DNA of 64,000 nt from Lama glama (lineage: Eukaryota). Location: NCBI GenBank assembly GCA_028534125.1, contig CM052818.1, positions 19,966,001-20,030,000 of the forward strand, read 5' to 3'. The translations under genes and the position numbers were made by a program. The notes beneath the pieces are model-generated. The model was not told the DNA's origin. It was given only the letters and a program-made list of their open reading frames with translations, and made no database searches. Numbering within the stretch: the stretch's first letter is position 1; the number at the start of each line of letters is the position of its first letter. This document shows, in pieces, positions 11,376-23,843 of this stretch.

Positions 11376-12637
11376 TGGAACCATCCTATGAAGTGGCCTG
11401 TCTGGGGTCTGCCCTACACATTCAGATATGCCTGAATCCTAGTAGTGGACATTCCTGAAGCGTAGATCCCTGCTACATGTGATCAATTAATTTCTTATGA
11501 GATTCTAGAAGTTCATAGCCAAGATATTACTGTTTCTAGGGAGGGTTTATAACTGAACATGAACAAATCCTTAGTCCAAGAAATTTTGCCCTAATAGTAG
11601 TAGTATAGGCTTTATAGCAGGACAGTGAAGAAAATATTTTTTGAATTCAGGAGGCCTTTTGGAGAACCAGATGCACAGTAAGCAGGTGCCCATCCAGACC
11701 ACCCATGTATAGATCCTTGGTGTAATTTCATAGTACTTTATCCACACTAGGGATGAGTGGGGACAGGAGGGCAGATGTCAGAGGGCCCAAGGAGTCATAG
11801 ACAAAGTGCCTGGGTGGAGAGGAGAGAGCTGGTTGTAGGCAGCAGCACAACACAGCTCTTCTCCGAGATCCCCCCTCACTCTTTCTCCCCCTTTGCTTAT
11901 TCCTTTGTCACCATGGCAACTGATGATGCTTCCTCATCCTCTCCCCCTCTCTAGTTGGCTCTGGTCCCTAGGCCCCATCACTCTATCTGACCAACTTCAC
12001 AGAACTATTGCCAGCCTCTCTCCTCATCACTCAGTGGGGGCACCCAGCTTTAACCCCACCCTCAACACATTGTCTTGCCTCACTTCCCCTACTTCTAGTC
12101 CCCGACCTCGTCCCTTCTTTAGTCCTAATCAAGCTCAAGCCAAATTCCCATCTTCCTTCAAGAAGTTGTATGGAAATTAGATTTTTACCACTCTAACATG
12201 ACTTGAAATGCACTAAAAGATCTGTGTCTTGAATCACCTCAAGGTGAGGCAATTTGTGAAGGGAAGAAGCATCCTTTGCTGCTGCTTCTGTGCTTAAATG
12301 CGGTGCTAGAGTGAATCACCTTCTATTTTTGTAACTAGCAGTGTTTTCTGTTTAAAGATATCCCCCAGCATGTCGCTGAGTGAAACGGAGACTTAATCAT
12401 AAGGGAAAATCACATCTCAAGTTCAAAGATTGTGAGCTAGTGGGTCCACAGACTTTTGTTAGGTCCACAGACCTAACTGTAACCAAAAGCCACAGATCAG
12501 CAGGTATCACATAAAAAGACTGGACTCCTGGCTGCCCTTGAACAGCTAGACATGGGGCCTCACATGGTGAAAATGGGAGGGAGGGAGGGAGTGGGGGCTG
12601 CCTCTTTCACACTGGCTCTTCCTTTCCTGTTAGCTAC

Positions 12638-13158
12638 GGTTGACTGAAGAAAAATGCACAACCTAAAAGTTGAGAATTATGTTTTATTGGGTGGATTTTT
12701 CTCAGGACTTCAAACCCAGGAGACAAGCCCTCTCAGATACCTCTAAGAGACTGCTCCAAAGAGGTAAGGGAGGAGCCAAGATATATAGGAAATTTTGTAA
12801 GAAAAACTAGGTAGTCGAAACATCCAAAGATTGCTGTTAATTAAAGTAAACCAGGTATCGCAAGTGAAGGAATTTAGTGCTTTTCTAAGTATCGGAAGAT
12901 GCAAGAGTCTGGGCTCATTGAAATCATTCCTTTGATGTGCACCTAGCTATCTAGGGCCGATATTCTGTTCTGTCCCATCCTGAGTCCCCTCCAGGTGCAC
13001 TGTTGGTGGTGGCTGCAGCGGCTGAGGGCCTGGCAGCAGCAGCTTTTGTCTTCATCCCGAGTTCCCTCAGGGCTCGTCGTTGGGGTGGGGGTTATAGCGG
13101 TTTGATGGCTGCAACATCCTTTGTTTACTGATACAGCAGGCAACATTTTTCATTCACA
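12638..13158 (-). mobile_element. ERV1-class solo LTR (521 bp) with 4-bp TSD CTAC
   Basis: Starts TG on the minus strand (13158). TATA-like cctatatat near 12789-12781 and AATAAA at 12688-12683. TSD ctac at 12634-12637 and 13159-13162. Confidence 0.8.
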
Positions 13159-15101
13159 CTACCCCTAGCCAGCTCTTCTCTTTTACCTGCCCCACCTGGG
13201 TCCTCCCAGCATCCCAGTTTTCAACTCCCACCCTAGCTGATCTGTTCCGAGACTCAGGATGGTCCAGTAGTGTGTGGTTTGCTTAGGGAAGCCATCTGGA
13301 GTTCCACCACAGTTAACCTGACATCTGCGAGCACGTAGGTTCTCTACACTTCTCTGTGCTTCCAGAGCCTTCCACTCAAAGCCCATTGTTTTCTAGGATC
13401 CCATTCCAGCTTGGATACCACGGGGGCTTTGTGTATGTGAGGATACAGAAATTGTCCAGAAGTGAAAGTCAGTGAGAGTGAACTGTAAGATTTCTCCCTG
13501 GGTCCCACCACCTCCCTCTTCTTTCATAGACTTGCCATGGTATCCTTTTCTTCAGGGCGAAAGCCAAGCATGGCTGATTGAAGAGGGAAGACTCCCCACC
13601 GCAACTCCAGGCAAGTTGCAGACCCATTCACATGACTTGATGGACCCTGTAGAAGATGCTGGGTATGGTCCAGAGGAAGCTCTCCAGGGCTTTGAGTATG
13701 GATCTCCCGCTTGCCAAGAAAATGGCCGATGTGTGGATTGTCTGGGCCAGTGAGTGAGGACTTACATCCTTGTCCACCTCAGAGACATTTCTGTCCACAG
13801 CCTTTGGTGGGAGGAAATGAGAGAACGTGTGGAATATAAAGGTAGGTTTTTAAATCGAGCCCCTTTGAACCTGCTACCCCTAGGTGTACACCTGCAGACA
13901 CAGCGGGCCACACAGTACTATTTGAAATAGAGTAACACTTTTCTTCACATTTATCAGAGCAGCTCTGAATCTTCATTCACAAATCCAAATAAACGAGACG
14001 TGTATTTCTTTGCTTTCCTTAAATCTACTTTCAGCTCCATGCTACAGCTGGTCTCAGCCACCTTCTAGATGAGTAAGCTCAGACAGCTCCTGAACCTCTG
14101 AGTCTCTTTTTTCTCATCTGCAAAGTGAGGGTGGTTAGAGCAGTCCCCCAGTGGCCCTGGGACGAGGGGATGACGTGCAGTGTGTTGGACGGGGGCAGAA
14201 AGTACCGCAGCTACTGGGTCAGTGTGCACCATCTTCTCCCCTCACCAGGAAGCCAAGAAGGCTTGAGAGCAGGGACCTTTCTCCAGTCTGTCTGCTGCGT
14301 TCTTTTGTTCATTGGCTTGTTCATTCATTTGTTCCTCAAGTACTGATTAAACGCCATTGGTAGGTGGTCCCTGCAGCTGCCCAATAGCTGCTCCGACATC
14401 TCGGGGCTAAAGCCAGAGCTGGGTACTGGGAGGAGAGCGGCTCATTGGTAGAGAATGGCTGGCACCAGCCCTGCCTGGGGTGGAGAGAAGCTCCCCCACT
14501 ACGCCGGCCCCTAACCAAGGGTTGCCTTGCTCAGCACTTCCGCCCCCATGGCTGTCTTCCAAGGCCCACTTTCTGCCCCAGGACCCTACAAAGACTCCTT
14601 TGATGAAAAGTTTGAGGCAAAGTGACTGTGTCATTTGATACAAATGAGGCTCATGGGGGTAAAAAGTGTAGCTTTATTCTCCTATTTGGGGATTTTCTGG
14701 CACAAAGGAAAATGATCAGCTGAATGGGGCTGGGGCGGAAGCCAGGAGGGTGGGGAAAGGCCAAGAGTTGGAGAACTTGAGACTTCTGTTAGCTCTGGGA
14801 TGAGCGGCTCCAAGGCCGGGGTGTGACCCGCACACTAAGAGGTGCTTCCCACCCAGCCCGACTCTGCTCCCAGAGCAGGTGGGTGTGCGAGGGGCCCTGT
14901 CCTGCCGCGGAGGGGGCCTTCCTTCCTGCCAGACTGCCAGACACATGGTGGGCCTGCTTCCATGGTCTGGGGTGGGGACCTTTCAACATGCACAGCACCT
15001 GCTCCCCTTCTCCCACTGATGGGGTGCCAAGGACCTCCAGGGAGAGATTTGAGAGGACCCACAAAAGCCCCTCACCCTAGAGGGTCTCCTGAATCCACCT
15101 C

Positions 15102-15290
15102 TAGGGCTGGCTTCATGGGTGTACTGCTGCGGGACTGGCACTGGGCCCCACGCTCCGGGGACCCTGCACTCAGAGGGACCCCACACTTCGTTTCAGGCTC
15201 TGTTATCACCACCTTAAAATTCTCAATAATACTTGGGCAAGGGACCCTTGCATTGTCCTTTTGCACTAAGCCCCATGTTCTCCAGCGGAC
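15102..15290 (+). mobile_element. MER45A-like hAT MITE
   Basis: agggctggcttcatgggtgt...cttaaaattctcaataat...ttttgcactaagcccc matches MER45A as recalled. Confidence 0.7.
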
Positions 15291-15510
15291 CCTCTCCCCT
15301 CCCCCCAGGTTCTTCAGGTCAGGCCTGCAATCCCTACACATTCTTTGCTCCTCTCTTAACTAACACCTCTCATTTGTAGGGCCCTGTGTTTCCCGTGGGC
15401 CTGCGTATCACACTCGCCTGTCTTCACGGGCCCCCAACTCATTGACTTGTGGGGGATTTGTGGGATTTGTCTCATGACCCCAGGTCCTTTGATGCCACCC
15501 CTTTGTTCTT

Positions 15511-15611
15511 TTTAAGAAAATTTTTTGTTTATTTTTTATTGAAGTGTAGTTGATTTACAATGTTAGTTTCAGGTGTGCAGCAAAGCGATTCAGTTATACA
15601 TATACAGACAT
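15511..15611 (-). mobile_element. Very short 5'-truncated L1 3' end with about 18-bp TSD
   Basis: T-rich tail then tttattgaagtgtagttgatttacaatg. Flanked by atgccaccc(c)tttgttctt at 15492-15510 and 15612-15629. Confidence 0.85.
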
Positions 15612-16369
15612 ATGCCACCCTTTGTTCTTAGGAACAAAAATGCCCACCTCCTGACACCACCTGGGATCCTCTCCTTCTTAAGTGTAGGCAATTTGCAAGT
15701 CCAAAGCGGATCCTCTATTTTGCTCTTAAGAGCCGGCCAAGCCCTCTGAGGGCGCTTAATAAATACTGAGTAATGAACCTGCAGCTGCTGCTCCTTTGGC
15801 TAATTAAATCTAAATAATTTACAGACTTTAAATTATGCAACAAGGCTTGGCCAAAACGGCTTAAAAATGCGGGATCCCTAGCTTTTCTGCTGTGCCCTGT
15901 GGAAAAAAAATCCTATCTTTTAATCATGCTTAACCTTCCTGAAAGAACAGTGGCAACCTTTGAATAATGAATGAATGTATATTAGCAAGATTTTTGCCCC
16001 AAGCTACACACATTGGAGCCAGATTATAAAAGGGACAGAGGCAGAGCCTGGCCTGCGGGGATTCCGGAAGTTTCTGGTGAGTCACAGAGCGCTGGGAGAA
16101 ATCATTTGGTAGCTCAGAAGCCCAGAGCAAGGACTACTGAAGAGTACAGAGGGAGGGGGGCGGCCGGATGCGCTGTCTCCCGGCCACATCAGCTGTGATG
16201 GCGGCTCCCACAGCACGGGTAGGGGGCACACGCTCAGTTATCCTTTCTCCTCTCCTTCCTCTCTCTCCTCCAAGTACCCTCCCCCACCTCCACGACTGCC
16301 CAGGCCGAGAGCCCTGTCTTCACAGAAGGTAGGTGAGATGGAGTCACGAAGCCTAGAACAGCACTTCGC

Positions 16370-16630
16370 ATACTCACAGGTGCACTCGAGTCACTGGGGT
16401 TACTGTCAAAAGTGCGTCTGATGGGTGGGTCTTGGATGGGGCCTGGGATGCTGCACTTCTAAGATGCCTGGTGCTGCTGGTCCTCAGATCCCATGTAGAG
16501 AAACAAGGAGTTAGGTTTTGTATTAAAGCTGAACATTTCAATCAACTGGGACACTTTTCAGGCTCCCAAACTTCCCTGGACACCATCTCAGATCAATTAA
16601 ATTGAAATTTCTGAAATCAGGCCCTAGGCT
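16370..16630. mobile_element. MER5-family hAT MITE fragments
   Basis: ggatggggcctgggatgctgcacttctaa...gtgctgctggtcctcagatcc and cagatcaattaaattgaaatttctg...ggccctaggc. Confidence 0.55.
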
Positions 16631-17439
16631 TTGGTCTCATTCCCCACTCACCTTTTTTTTTTCTGTAGTTTAGATAATTTGCAGGTCACCCAAGCAAAGC
16701 TTAGAAAGCTTAACTGACTTGCTTGCAATCACCTGCTAAAGTGGGATTAGAAACACCTGGCAGGGAAGTGGCATTTAGCACCAAGATTGTTCCCTGTCCC
16801 TCTTGCAGATTTTAGCATCTCTGGGGCTCTAGCCATGCCCCTGGGCTCAGGGTTGCAACCTATGTGATTCCATTTGAGGAGCAGGAGGGGTTCGTCTATC
16901 TTTCTCTTTCTAAGTCTGCCTGAAATTTCACTCTTAGTGCATGTTTGGGCTACAGCTGAGTGTAATGTGGAGGCTCTGTTACCCTCTCTGTCTTCAGCAT
17001 CATGGTGTGAGTGGGCTGACAGGAGAGACTTCCAGGGACACTGGGCTGTATTCTGCCAGATCTGGGACTCAGGAGGGGAAGGGACTCTCGAGGCAGGCTT
17101 GCCTCCTCTCGCAGCTCTGCAGAGGGTGCCCAGCACAGATGGGTGTGCCCTTCTAAGTCCCCAGACAGGGCTGCTGTCCATGTTGTGCAAGATCTTGGGG
17201 CCTCAGGGAGAGGCCAGGAGGAGGAAGGCAGAGCTGTTTCAGTCCTGTGTCCGGAGAAAACTATGCCCTTCCTGCTGTGGTATGTGAGTGAGGCCTTCAG
17301 GCAGAGGTACAGCCAGGGGCCAGACCCAGATTGGCCACAGCTGTGCTCCACCCAGTTGTCTCAAGCCGGACCATGATCCTGGCTCAGCGCTGGGGCAGGC
17401 TGTGGGAGCTGAGCCTAAGAAAGCAGGGTAGGATAGACA

Positions 17440-17910
17440 CAGTTATTTGCTTATTCAACATCCATCACTCCCTCTCCCCACATCCATATTATCAGAATTT
17501 TAATTTTGTTCACCCAGGCAAAAAACTTGCCACACCTCAGATGTCCTGAATCTAGGAGTAGCAACATGACCAATGAGATTTAAGCAGAAATCTTAAAGTG
17601 GGTCTTTCTGGAAGGCTTTTTAAAGATGGCCCCTTCCTTTTTCCCCCTCTGCTGACTTGGAGTTGATACCTGGAGCTGCAGCAGCCATCATGAGATTATG
17701 AAACTAGAAGCCATGGGGTGAGGAGGATAAAAGCCATATGCTAAGGATGGTGGAACAGAAAGAAGCCTGGGTCCTCTATGGCTTCCTAGAGCAGTTTCAC
17801 CAGTCATGGACTGCCTTACTTGGGGCGTCTCAGTATATGCGAAACAGAAACCCCTATTTGGTTAAGTCACTGTGGCCACATTTCTTTTATAGCTAAATGC
17901 AGTCTTCACA
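17440..17910 (+). mobile_element. MaLR LTR (MLT1I/J-like)
   Basis: ggagctgcagcagccatcatgag...atgctaaggatggtggaacagaaagaagcctgggtcc...ttggttaagtcactg. Confidence 0.65.
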
Positions 17911-18439
17911 CTAGGACCTCAGAGTGTTCCTGAATTGGACATGGGAAGATGAGGCCAAGGCAAGAATATGGTCCCCAGGAGGGGGTTGGGGGGAGGTCAC
18001 TATCTCATTCTACAGTCTTCAGGGATTCCTTATTTCCCAAGGGATGAAGTTCATATTCCTCAGACCAACATTCAAGACTATAAAATTTGGTCCCAAATCA
18101 ATTTTCCAGGCCTGTTACCATTCACTGGAGCACGGATGAGCCTGCTTCTTCTCCTGAATACAGATTATACACTACCACCTTGAGCTTAACTCAGGTGCAT
18201 TCTCCCTCCTCCTTTCTACCTGTCCCAGGCTCACCTGCCCTTGTGGACTGCTCTTTGGAAAAGACTTCCTATCATCCTGGGCTCCAAGGACCTCTCCTTC
18301 TTTGATCTCAGTCATCACTGAGGTCTGTGTGCCTGATGGCTTCTTTACATTGTAATGCATATTAACCTCACCTCCCTAGCAGGCCTGTGAGAACGTCCAA
18401 GGCAGGATTTGGAAGCAAAGAGAATTTGGGAGTGTAGAA

Positions 18440-18592
18440 AAATCGTGTGCTTTGGAGTCAGGCTTGAGATCTCACATGGTCTTGAATACGTCACTTAACC
18501 TCTCTGAGCCTCAGTATCCTTGTCTGTGAAATGGGAGTGATGCCCATGTCTACCTCCATAAAGCATGTAGCACAGTGCCTGGCCCACTGGAG
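18440..18592 (+). mobile_element. MIR SINE
   Basis: MIR core gtcacttaacctctctgagcctcagtatccttgtctgtgaaatggg. Confidence 0.75.
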
Positions 18593-20121
18593 GTTCTCTA
18601 GAAGGGCTTGCATGTCGCCTTGCTGCTCTCCTGGTAACACTGGACTGTGCCTTTTCACTATCCTTTGCATCTCTATCCACTTGAGTTTCTCCCTTCCATC
18701 TGATTTTCTGCTTAGTATTTGAAGCGGGAGACCTGTACCAAGTTTGGGGAGTGATCAGGAATCGTTCTCATTTTTGCCAAGGGCAGATCTTAGGCTACTG
18801 ACTTCAGTCTTCCAGCAGAGTAGGTAGGAGGGCTAGAGGGGAGATTCCATGTCCCCTGCTAAGGAGGCGAGATGAGATGCTAACTTAACTGCTCAAGGGA
18901 GTTTACTAGGTGTTTCTCTGAAGACATGTAAGGAAAATGGGTGTATTTAAGTTCAGTTGTACCTGGCAACAGACAATGAAGTAAATGGCCTTATAGTACC
19001 TTTTTTTTTTTTAAACAAACCCACAATTCTGCTTGCTGTAACAAATTAAATGTCTGGGCCTTGATCTTTTTGATATCTTGATTGTCTCCGTCTTTGGCCT
19101 CAATCCCCACCTCAGACAGACCCAGATCCAGTAAGATGATTGTGAGAAGTGACCCATAGCAAAAAAAAAAAAAAAAATTCTACCCTTGAAAGTTTAATGA
19201 GAAATGACAGTTTTATTACTTCCAAGTAAATACCTGTCACATAGCTCTAAACGCGGATGGATGCATTGCACTGGGTGGCGAATGAGAAGCCGCCATGGAC
19301 TGAAATGGCATAGAAACATGCACTGACGCAGAGTCCCAGGGCGGTCCTTTCATGTGTTCCTCTTAGCATCACTCAGCCGGCCCAACAAGACAGAAACGTA
19401 CTCTTTTGTCCCTCTTAAAGCAGAGACTTATGTCTGGGAAGAGGAGGGGGCCATAAAGACTTGACTGATTGCACAGCTGTGTCCAGCCTCATTCAGTTTG
19501 CTGCGTAATCCCTAAAGTCTCCCACGCCAGCCATCGGCGCACGGCTGGCGGGGTCAGGGCAGCCCGCCACCTGCTGGGGGTGGGGGCGCAGCGTGAGAGG
19601 AAACCGTCAAGGGGAGCTGGCCCTGGGGGAGTTGAACCCCTTTCCCTGGTTACACACACTGGGCAGCTTCATTTTGTGCCTCCTGTGAGCCCTCTAGTGG
19701 CCAAAGGCTGTTCCTTTTGGTTGTTGCCTGTTTACCTGGAGGATTGTGTATATTTCTACTGTAGACAACTGTTTATTTGCTCTGTGTGTGTGTGTGATCT
19801 GAGGGTTGGGCTGTGTGGTCTGTTGGGGGTTTTTTTTCCCTCTTCCTACTTTTCCATTAGAACAGCAGGCCCAGATTTCGCCCTGCCCCGCCTCAACCAA
19901 GCATGCACTGCTCAGTGTTAAGGCTATCTGACAGGCCTGTCCCAGGCTCCTTGAAACTTCGGCATCTCTCTCCTTGAACTGCTGAGGGCAGGCTCCAAGT
20001 CTGCATGGTTGACTGTGTACAGTCCTGCTCAGACCCTGCTAAATGGGCCCCTGCCAAGGGCCTGGGGATGCCATCCTGACATGTCTGCAGAGCTGGAAAG
20101 AGCTCGAGGAGTCTTGGCTCC

Positions 20122-20583
20122 TGTATTAATTCCTTGTTACTGTTGCTGCTGTAATAAATTATTACAAACATAGTGGCTTAAAGCAACTCAAATTTATTCT
20201 TTTACAGTTCTGGAGGTCAGAAGTTTAAAATGGGTTTGGCAGGGCTGCATTCTTCCTGGTGGCTCTGGGGAAGAACCCCCTTTCTTGGCTTTCTTAGCTT
20301 CTACAGGCTGCCTGCCTCCCTTGGCTCATGGCCCTGGACCCCTCCACCCTCTGCTTCCACGGCCGCATATCTCCTCCCCTGCCTCTCACCCTCCTGCCTC
20401 CATCTTAGAAGACCCTTGCGATTACACCATGCTCATCTGGATAAACCAGGATTATCTCTTCATGTCAAGGCCCTTAGTTTAATCACACCTCAAAGTCTCT
20501 TTCACCATGGAAGATAACATATTTACAGACTCTGGGGACTGGGACGTAGACATCTGTGGGGGGCCTTCCCCCAAGCCTGCCAC
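20122..20583 (-). mobile_element. MLT1 (MaLR) LTR, same orientation as TMEM247, with AATAAA at 20198-20193
   Basis: tgtattaattcc...agtggcttaaagcaactcaaatttattctttacagttctggaggtcagaagt is the reverse complement of the MLT1B/C/D 3' end. Confidence 0.85.
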
Positions 20584-20845
20584 AGCTCCCTACATCTCAG
20601 AAAGATCTATGCAAGTGAGTAGATGTGGTGGATCCCAAGCCAGCCCAGTCATGGTGTGACTTCCATGATTCTGGAAGCGCTTTCTAAATCCCTTCTCCCC
20701 ACAGATACCTCCCTAACTTGCTACCATCTAAAGCCCTCCTCTCGGGGAGTAAAGCATCTTGATCCATAGAAAGAACTCAGGCTCAGTTCAAGGCTTGAAC
20801 ATGTTTCTTCACACTAAGGTGTAAGTGGTTGACATCAAAACTTTC

Positions 20846-21109
20846 CTAACAGCAAGCCCTGATGGGAAGGAGGCACATGTAGGGGGAGGAGGGTCCCAGT
20901 GACAGAGAGAGCAGAGGCACTTGGAAGTATGACCATAAAGTTTTAATCAAACAGAGCAAAATGGCCGCGATGCAGAACAGGTAGTGCTTGGAGAAGAGGA
21001 AGAAGACCATCTCCTTGGTGACGTAGATGATGTGTATGAAGATGAAGCAGTACAGGAACATTGCGAACTGGTTCTTGGGGAGCAGGAGGTCCTGGAAGCC
21101 TCCCGAGAA
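20846..21109 (-). CDS. TMEM247: TMEM247 coding exon 3 (FSGGFQDLLLPKNQFAMFLYCFIFIHIIYVTKEMVFFLFSKHYLFCIAAILLCLIKTLWS...RACC*), two hydrophobic TM segments
   Basis: Polypyrimidine acceptor ttttctctcccccgcag|TTC. Near-identical to the recalled human C-terminal TM region. In-frame stop TAG at 20848-20846; the last 27 aa are less certain. Confidence 0.9.
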   Translation of the reverse strand, partial: FSGGFQDLLLPKNQFAMFLYCFIFIHIIYVTKEMVFFLFSKHYLFCIAAILLCLIKTLWSYFQVPLLSLSLGPSSPYMCLLPIRACC

Positions 21110-22589
21110 CTGCGGGGGAGAGAAAAGAGTGCAAGTGGCGAAACCGGGGCTTGGGTGCTAGGCTGGCCTGGGCTTCCATCCTACTCCTGTCCCTTCCTGA
21201 ATGTGACCTTGGACAGGCTGTCTTCCCCACCTAAGGAGAGGGTAATCATGCCCCCTCACAAGATGACCAGGAGGAAGTGCCAGACAGGAAAGGAAAAATT
21301 CCCAAGCAGGGTCACTAGCACATAGAGGGAACTCATGAGTTTCACTTCTTGAGCCAGGTCCCGTCCCTCCTGAGTCAGGCTGGCAGCGTCTTCTCTGTAC
21401 ACTCCATGCAGCCTCTGAGTCCTGCATGGGGGCAGCCTCCCTCCGACTCTGAGATCCCCAGATCTGGGTGCTGGGTCTTAGGAGTGTTCTCTGGACAGTC
21501 TCCCCTGACACTCGATCTTGTTTTCTGGATGGTGGCTCAATGAGTGAGGGCGATTCCTTGGGCATAAATGACTGTGTCTGTCTCTCTGTGTCCTTCCTGG
21601 CACACGTCAAACAGGGTCGGGCTGTGGTCTTTCAGCCCAGGATTTGGTGTCTCCTGAGGGCAAGTAGTCAGAGATGGGTGATGGGGCCTCCCTAAACCCT
21701 CAGGGTCTTGGGCTTGGAGGAAGGCAGTTTGAACTGTCTGGCCAATTCTGTCTGTGTGTGGCTTTTTTCCAGAATCTCTATAAATCAGGTCGAACAGACC
21801 TCCATTTTAACTGTAGAAAGCATCGTCCCTAAGCCAGGGAAGAGCTGATAGCACTATTCTAACCTGTAGTTAAGAAGGCATTACCCACGGTTCATTTTTT
21901 AAAATATCTTTAAAACTCATGTCACATTTTTGCAAGCAGGCAGATGGCAGGGACTGCGATGCCCTAACCTGCCTAGAAACTCACAGTGGTATTTTTCAGT
22001 ACAATGCCAGCTCTCTTCCCACCCGCCCAGAAAACAGAGGGTGGCGGGAAGCTTAAAATTCAAGTCAACTCTCCACTTTTCAGTAAACGCACAGGAAGTA
22101 AAACACTTCTGTAAACTATTTTTAAAGGCTGGAATTGGGAAACACTGTTGTTGAACCAAATATATAAAATGTGAGGACAACTAAATAAAACTGAGTGGGG
22201 CAGAAAATGACTCCAGTGATGCCACCTCTGAAATGAAGAGCAAGGAATGTTGAAGACCAGAGGGAAGAAACCCAGTGTTCTGGTCCGAGAGGAGGGCTGG
22301 ACAGATCTTGTGTTTCTCTGCACACCCGCTCTGGCTCTAGATCCCCGGACTTCCTGCCACCATTTGCGGTCTGCGTGCTAATGGATATTTATGGTTTTGA
22401 TAACAAAATGTGCATTTGTGAAAACTTTTAGACTTTTCAAAACACTTTCGATGGTCTATTTTTTAACTTAAGCAGAAGACGGAGAGCAGATAGGACTATA
22501 TACCAAGGATTTTCATCTCCTCCAGCAAGGAGAAGGATTTTCAAACTAAAAAGCAGATATTTTGTGAGCAAGAAAAAAAAATCGTTGAG

Positions 22590-23023
22590 AAGCCAGCTTG
22601 TGTTCATTGAGAACATACCATGCAAAACTAACCTGATTTTCTTTAGGAAAAGAAAAATGGCCCAGTCAGTTGGGGAAATGCTATAGTGTAATATCTTAAT
22701 TCTGGGAAACCATCTGACAGTGTATCTCAGGACATTTTTCTGGACAAGGTAGAGAAATGTGAGCTGGAGAAAATGTAACTCAAGGGTGCTGATTAATGGA
22801 ACATTGCTGACCTGTGGGGAGATCTTTTAGTGGTATTTACTTTAGGTCATATCCTCCTCAACAATTATAGCAATGACTTGGATAAAGACAGAAGGCAAGT
22901 TTCTCAGAACTGAGGATGACTCAGAGCTGGGAAGCATAGCTAATACATTACATCCTGATAAAACTGAAAAGTGATGAACGTAAGTTGTTGCATTTGGGTC
23001 AAGAAGTGAATTGCATGAGTACA
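22590..23023 (+). mobile_element. CR1/L3 LINE reverse-transcriptase fossil in TMEM247 intron 2; probably resumes near 23400-23600 after MIRs
   Basis: catgcaaaactaacctgatttt (CQTNLI-like), caatgacttggat (NDLD), gatgactcagagctgggaagcatagctaat (DDTKLGGIAN-like), aagttgttgcatttgggtc. Confidence 0.65.
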
Positions 23024-23029
23024 TAAAAA

Positions 23030-23250
23030 TGGGAATATTTACTGAGTGCTTACCTAATGTGCCAGGCTCACTGCAAAGTGCCTTACGTGCATTCTTTCAT
23101 TTAATCCTCACAACAACCCTATGAGGTAGGTACAGCCTTCTAGATGAGCAAACCAAGGCTCAGAGGATCAGTAATTTGCCCAGCGTCACACAGTATATAC
23201 ATGGTAGAGGCAGGATTTCAACCTAGGACTGTCTGATTTTAAAGCCCGGA
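23030..23250 (-). mobile_element. MIR SINE
   Basis: atttactgagtgcttac...tcatttaatcctcacaacaaccctatgaggtaggt...aggctcagagg...tttgcccagcgtcacacag. Confidence 0.85.
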
Positions 23251-23843
23251 CAGTGCTGCTTTAAACAATAACATCTTTCATTATTTAGTACTTCTGATGG
23301 CCCAGCCACAGTGCTAAGCACTTCACATCCCATTTAATCACAAGCAGGCTTTCTTATGCCCATTTAGATCAGGGGAGAGTGGTCCATTTCTTGCCAAAAG
23401 AGGTCTAAGTTTTAGTTGACAGCAAGGCAGTGCGAGCCAACAGAGCAAATGCAGCTCTGATGAGGGGAGGAGGTGATGGGTCTATCAAAATCCCCAACCA
23501 GACTGCCATGGGGCTTCTGGGGCTAGCCCTCAGTGTCCCAGTTTAAGAGATGCAGATGGAGAGTGGTGGAAATTGAGTTAAAGAGGAAACGTTAAAAGAG
23601 TTCTCCCTGAGGAGGAAAGTCATGGGCAGGTGAGTGGACAAAGTAGTCTGGGACCCCTCCTGGCGTCAACTCTCCTTAAAGAGTTAGATCTCAGCTTCAC
23701 ATGGAAGCTCTAAAGCAGTGAGCAGACCCTCCCACCGAGTCTCTGGACGTAGGGCGGGATGCAGCCGCGAAGCAGGTAAGGTCGGCTCCCTGTGCAGGTC
23801 AGGGGTGGGCCCCTTCACCTCCAGGGCGGGACCTGCCACCTAC

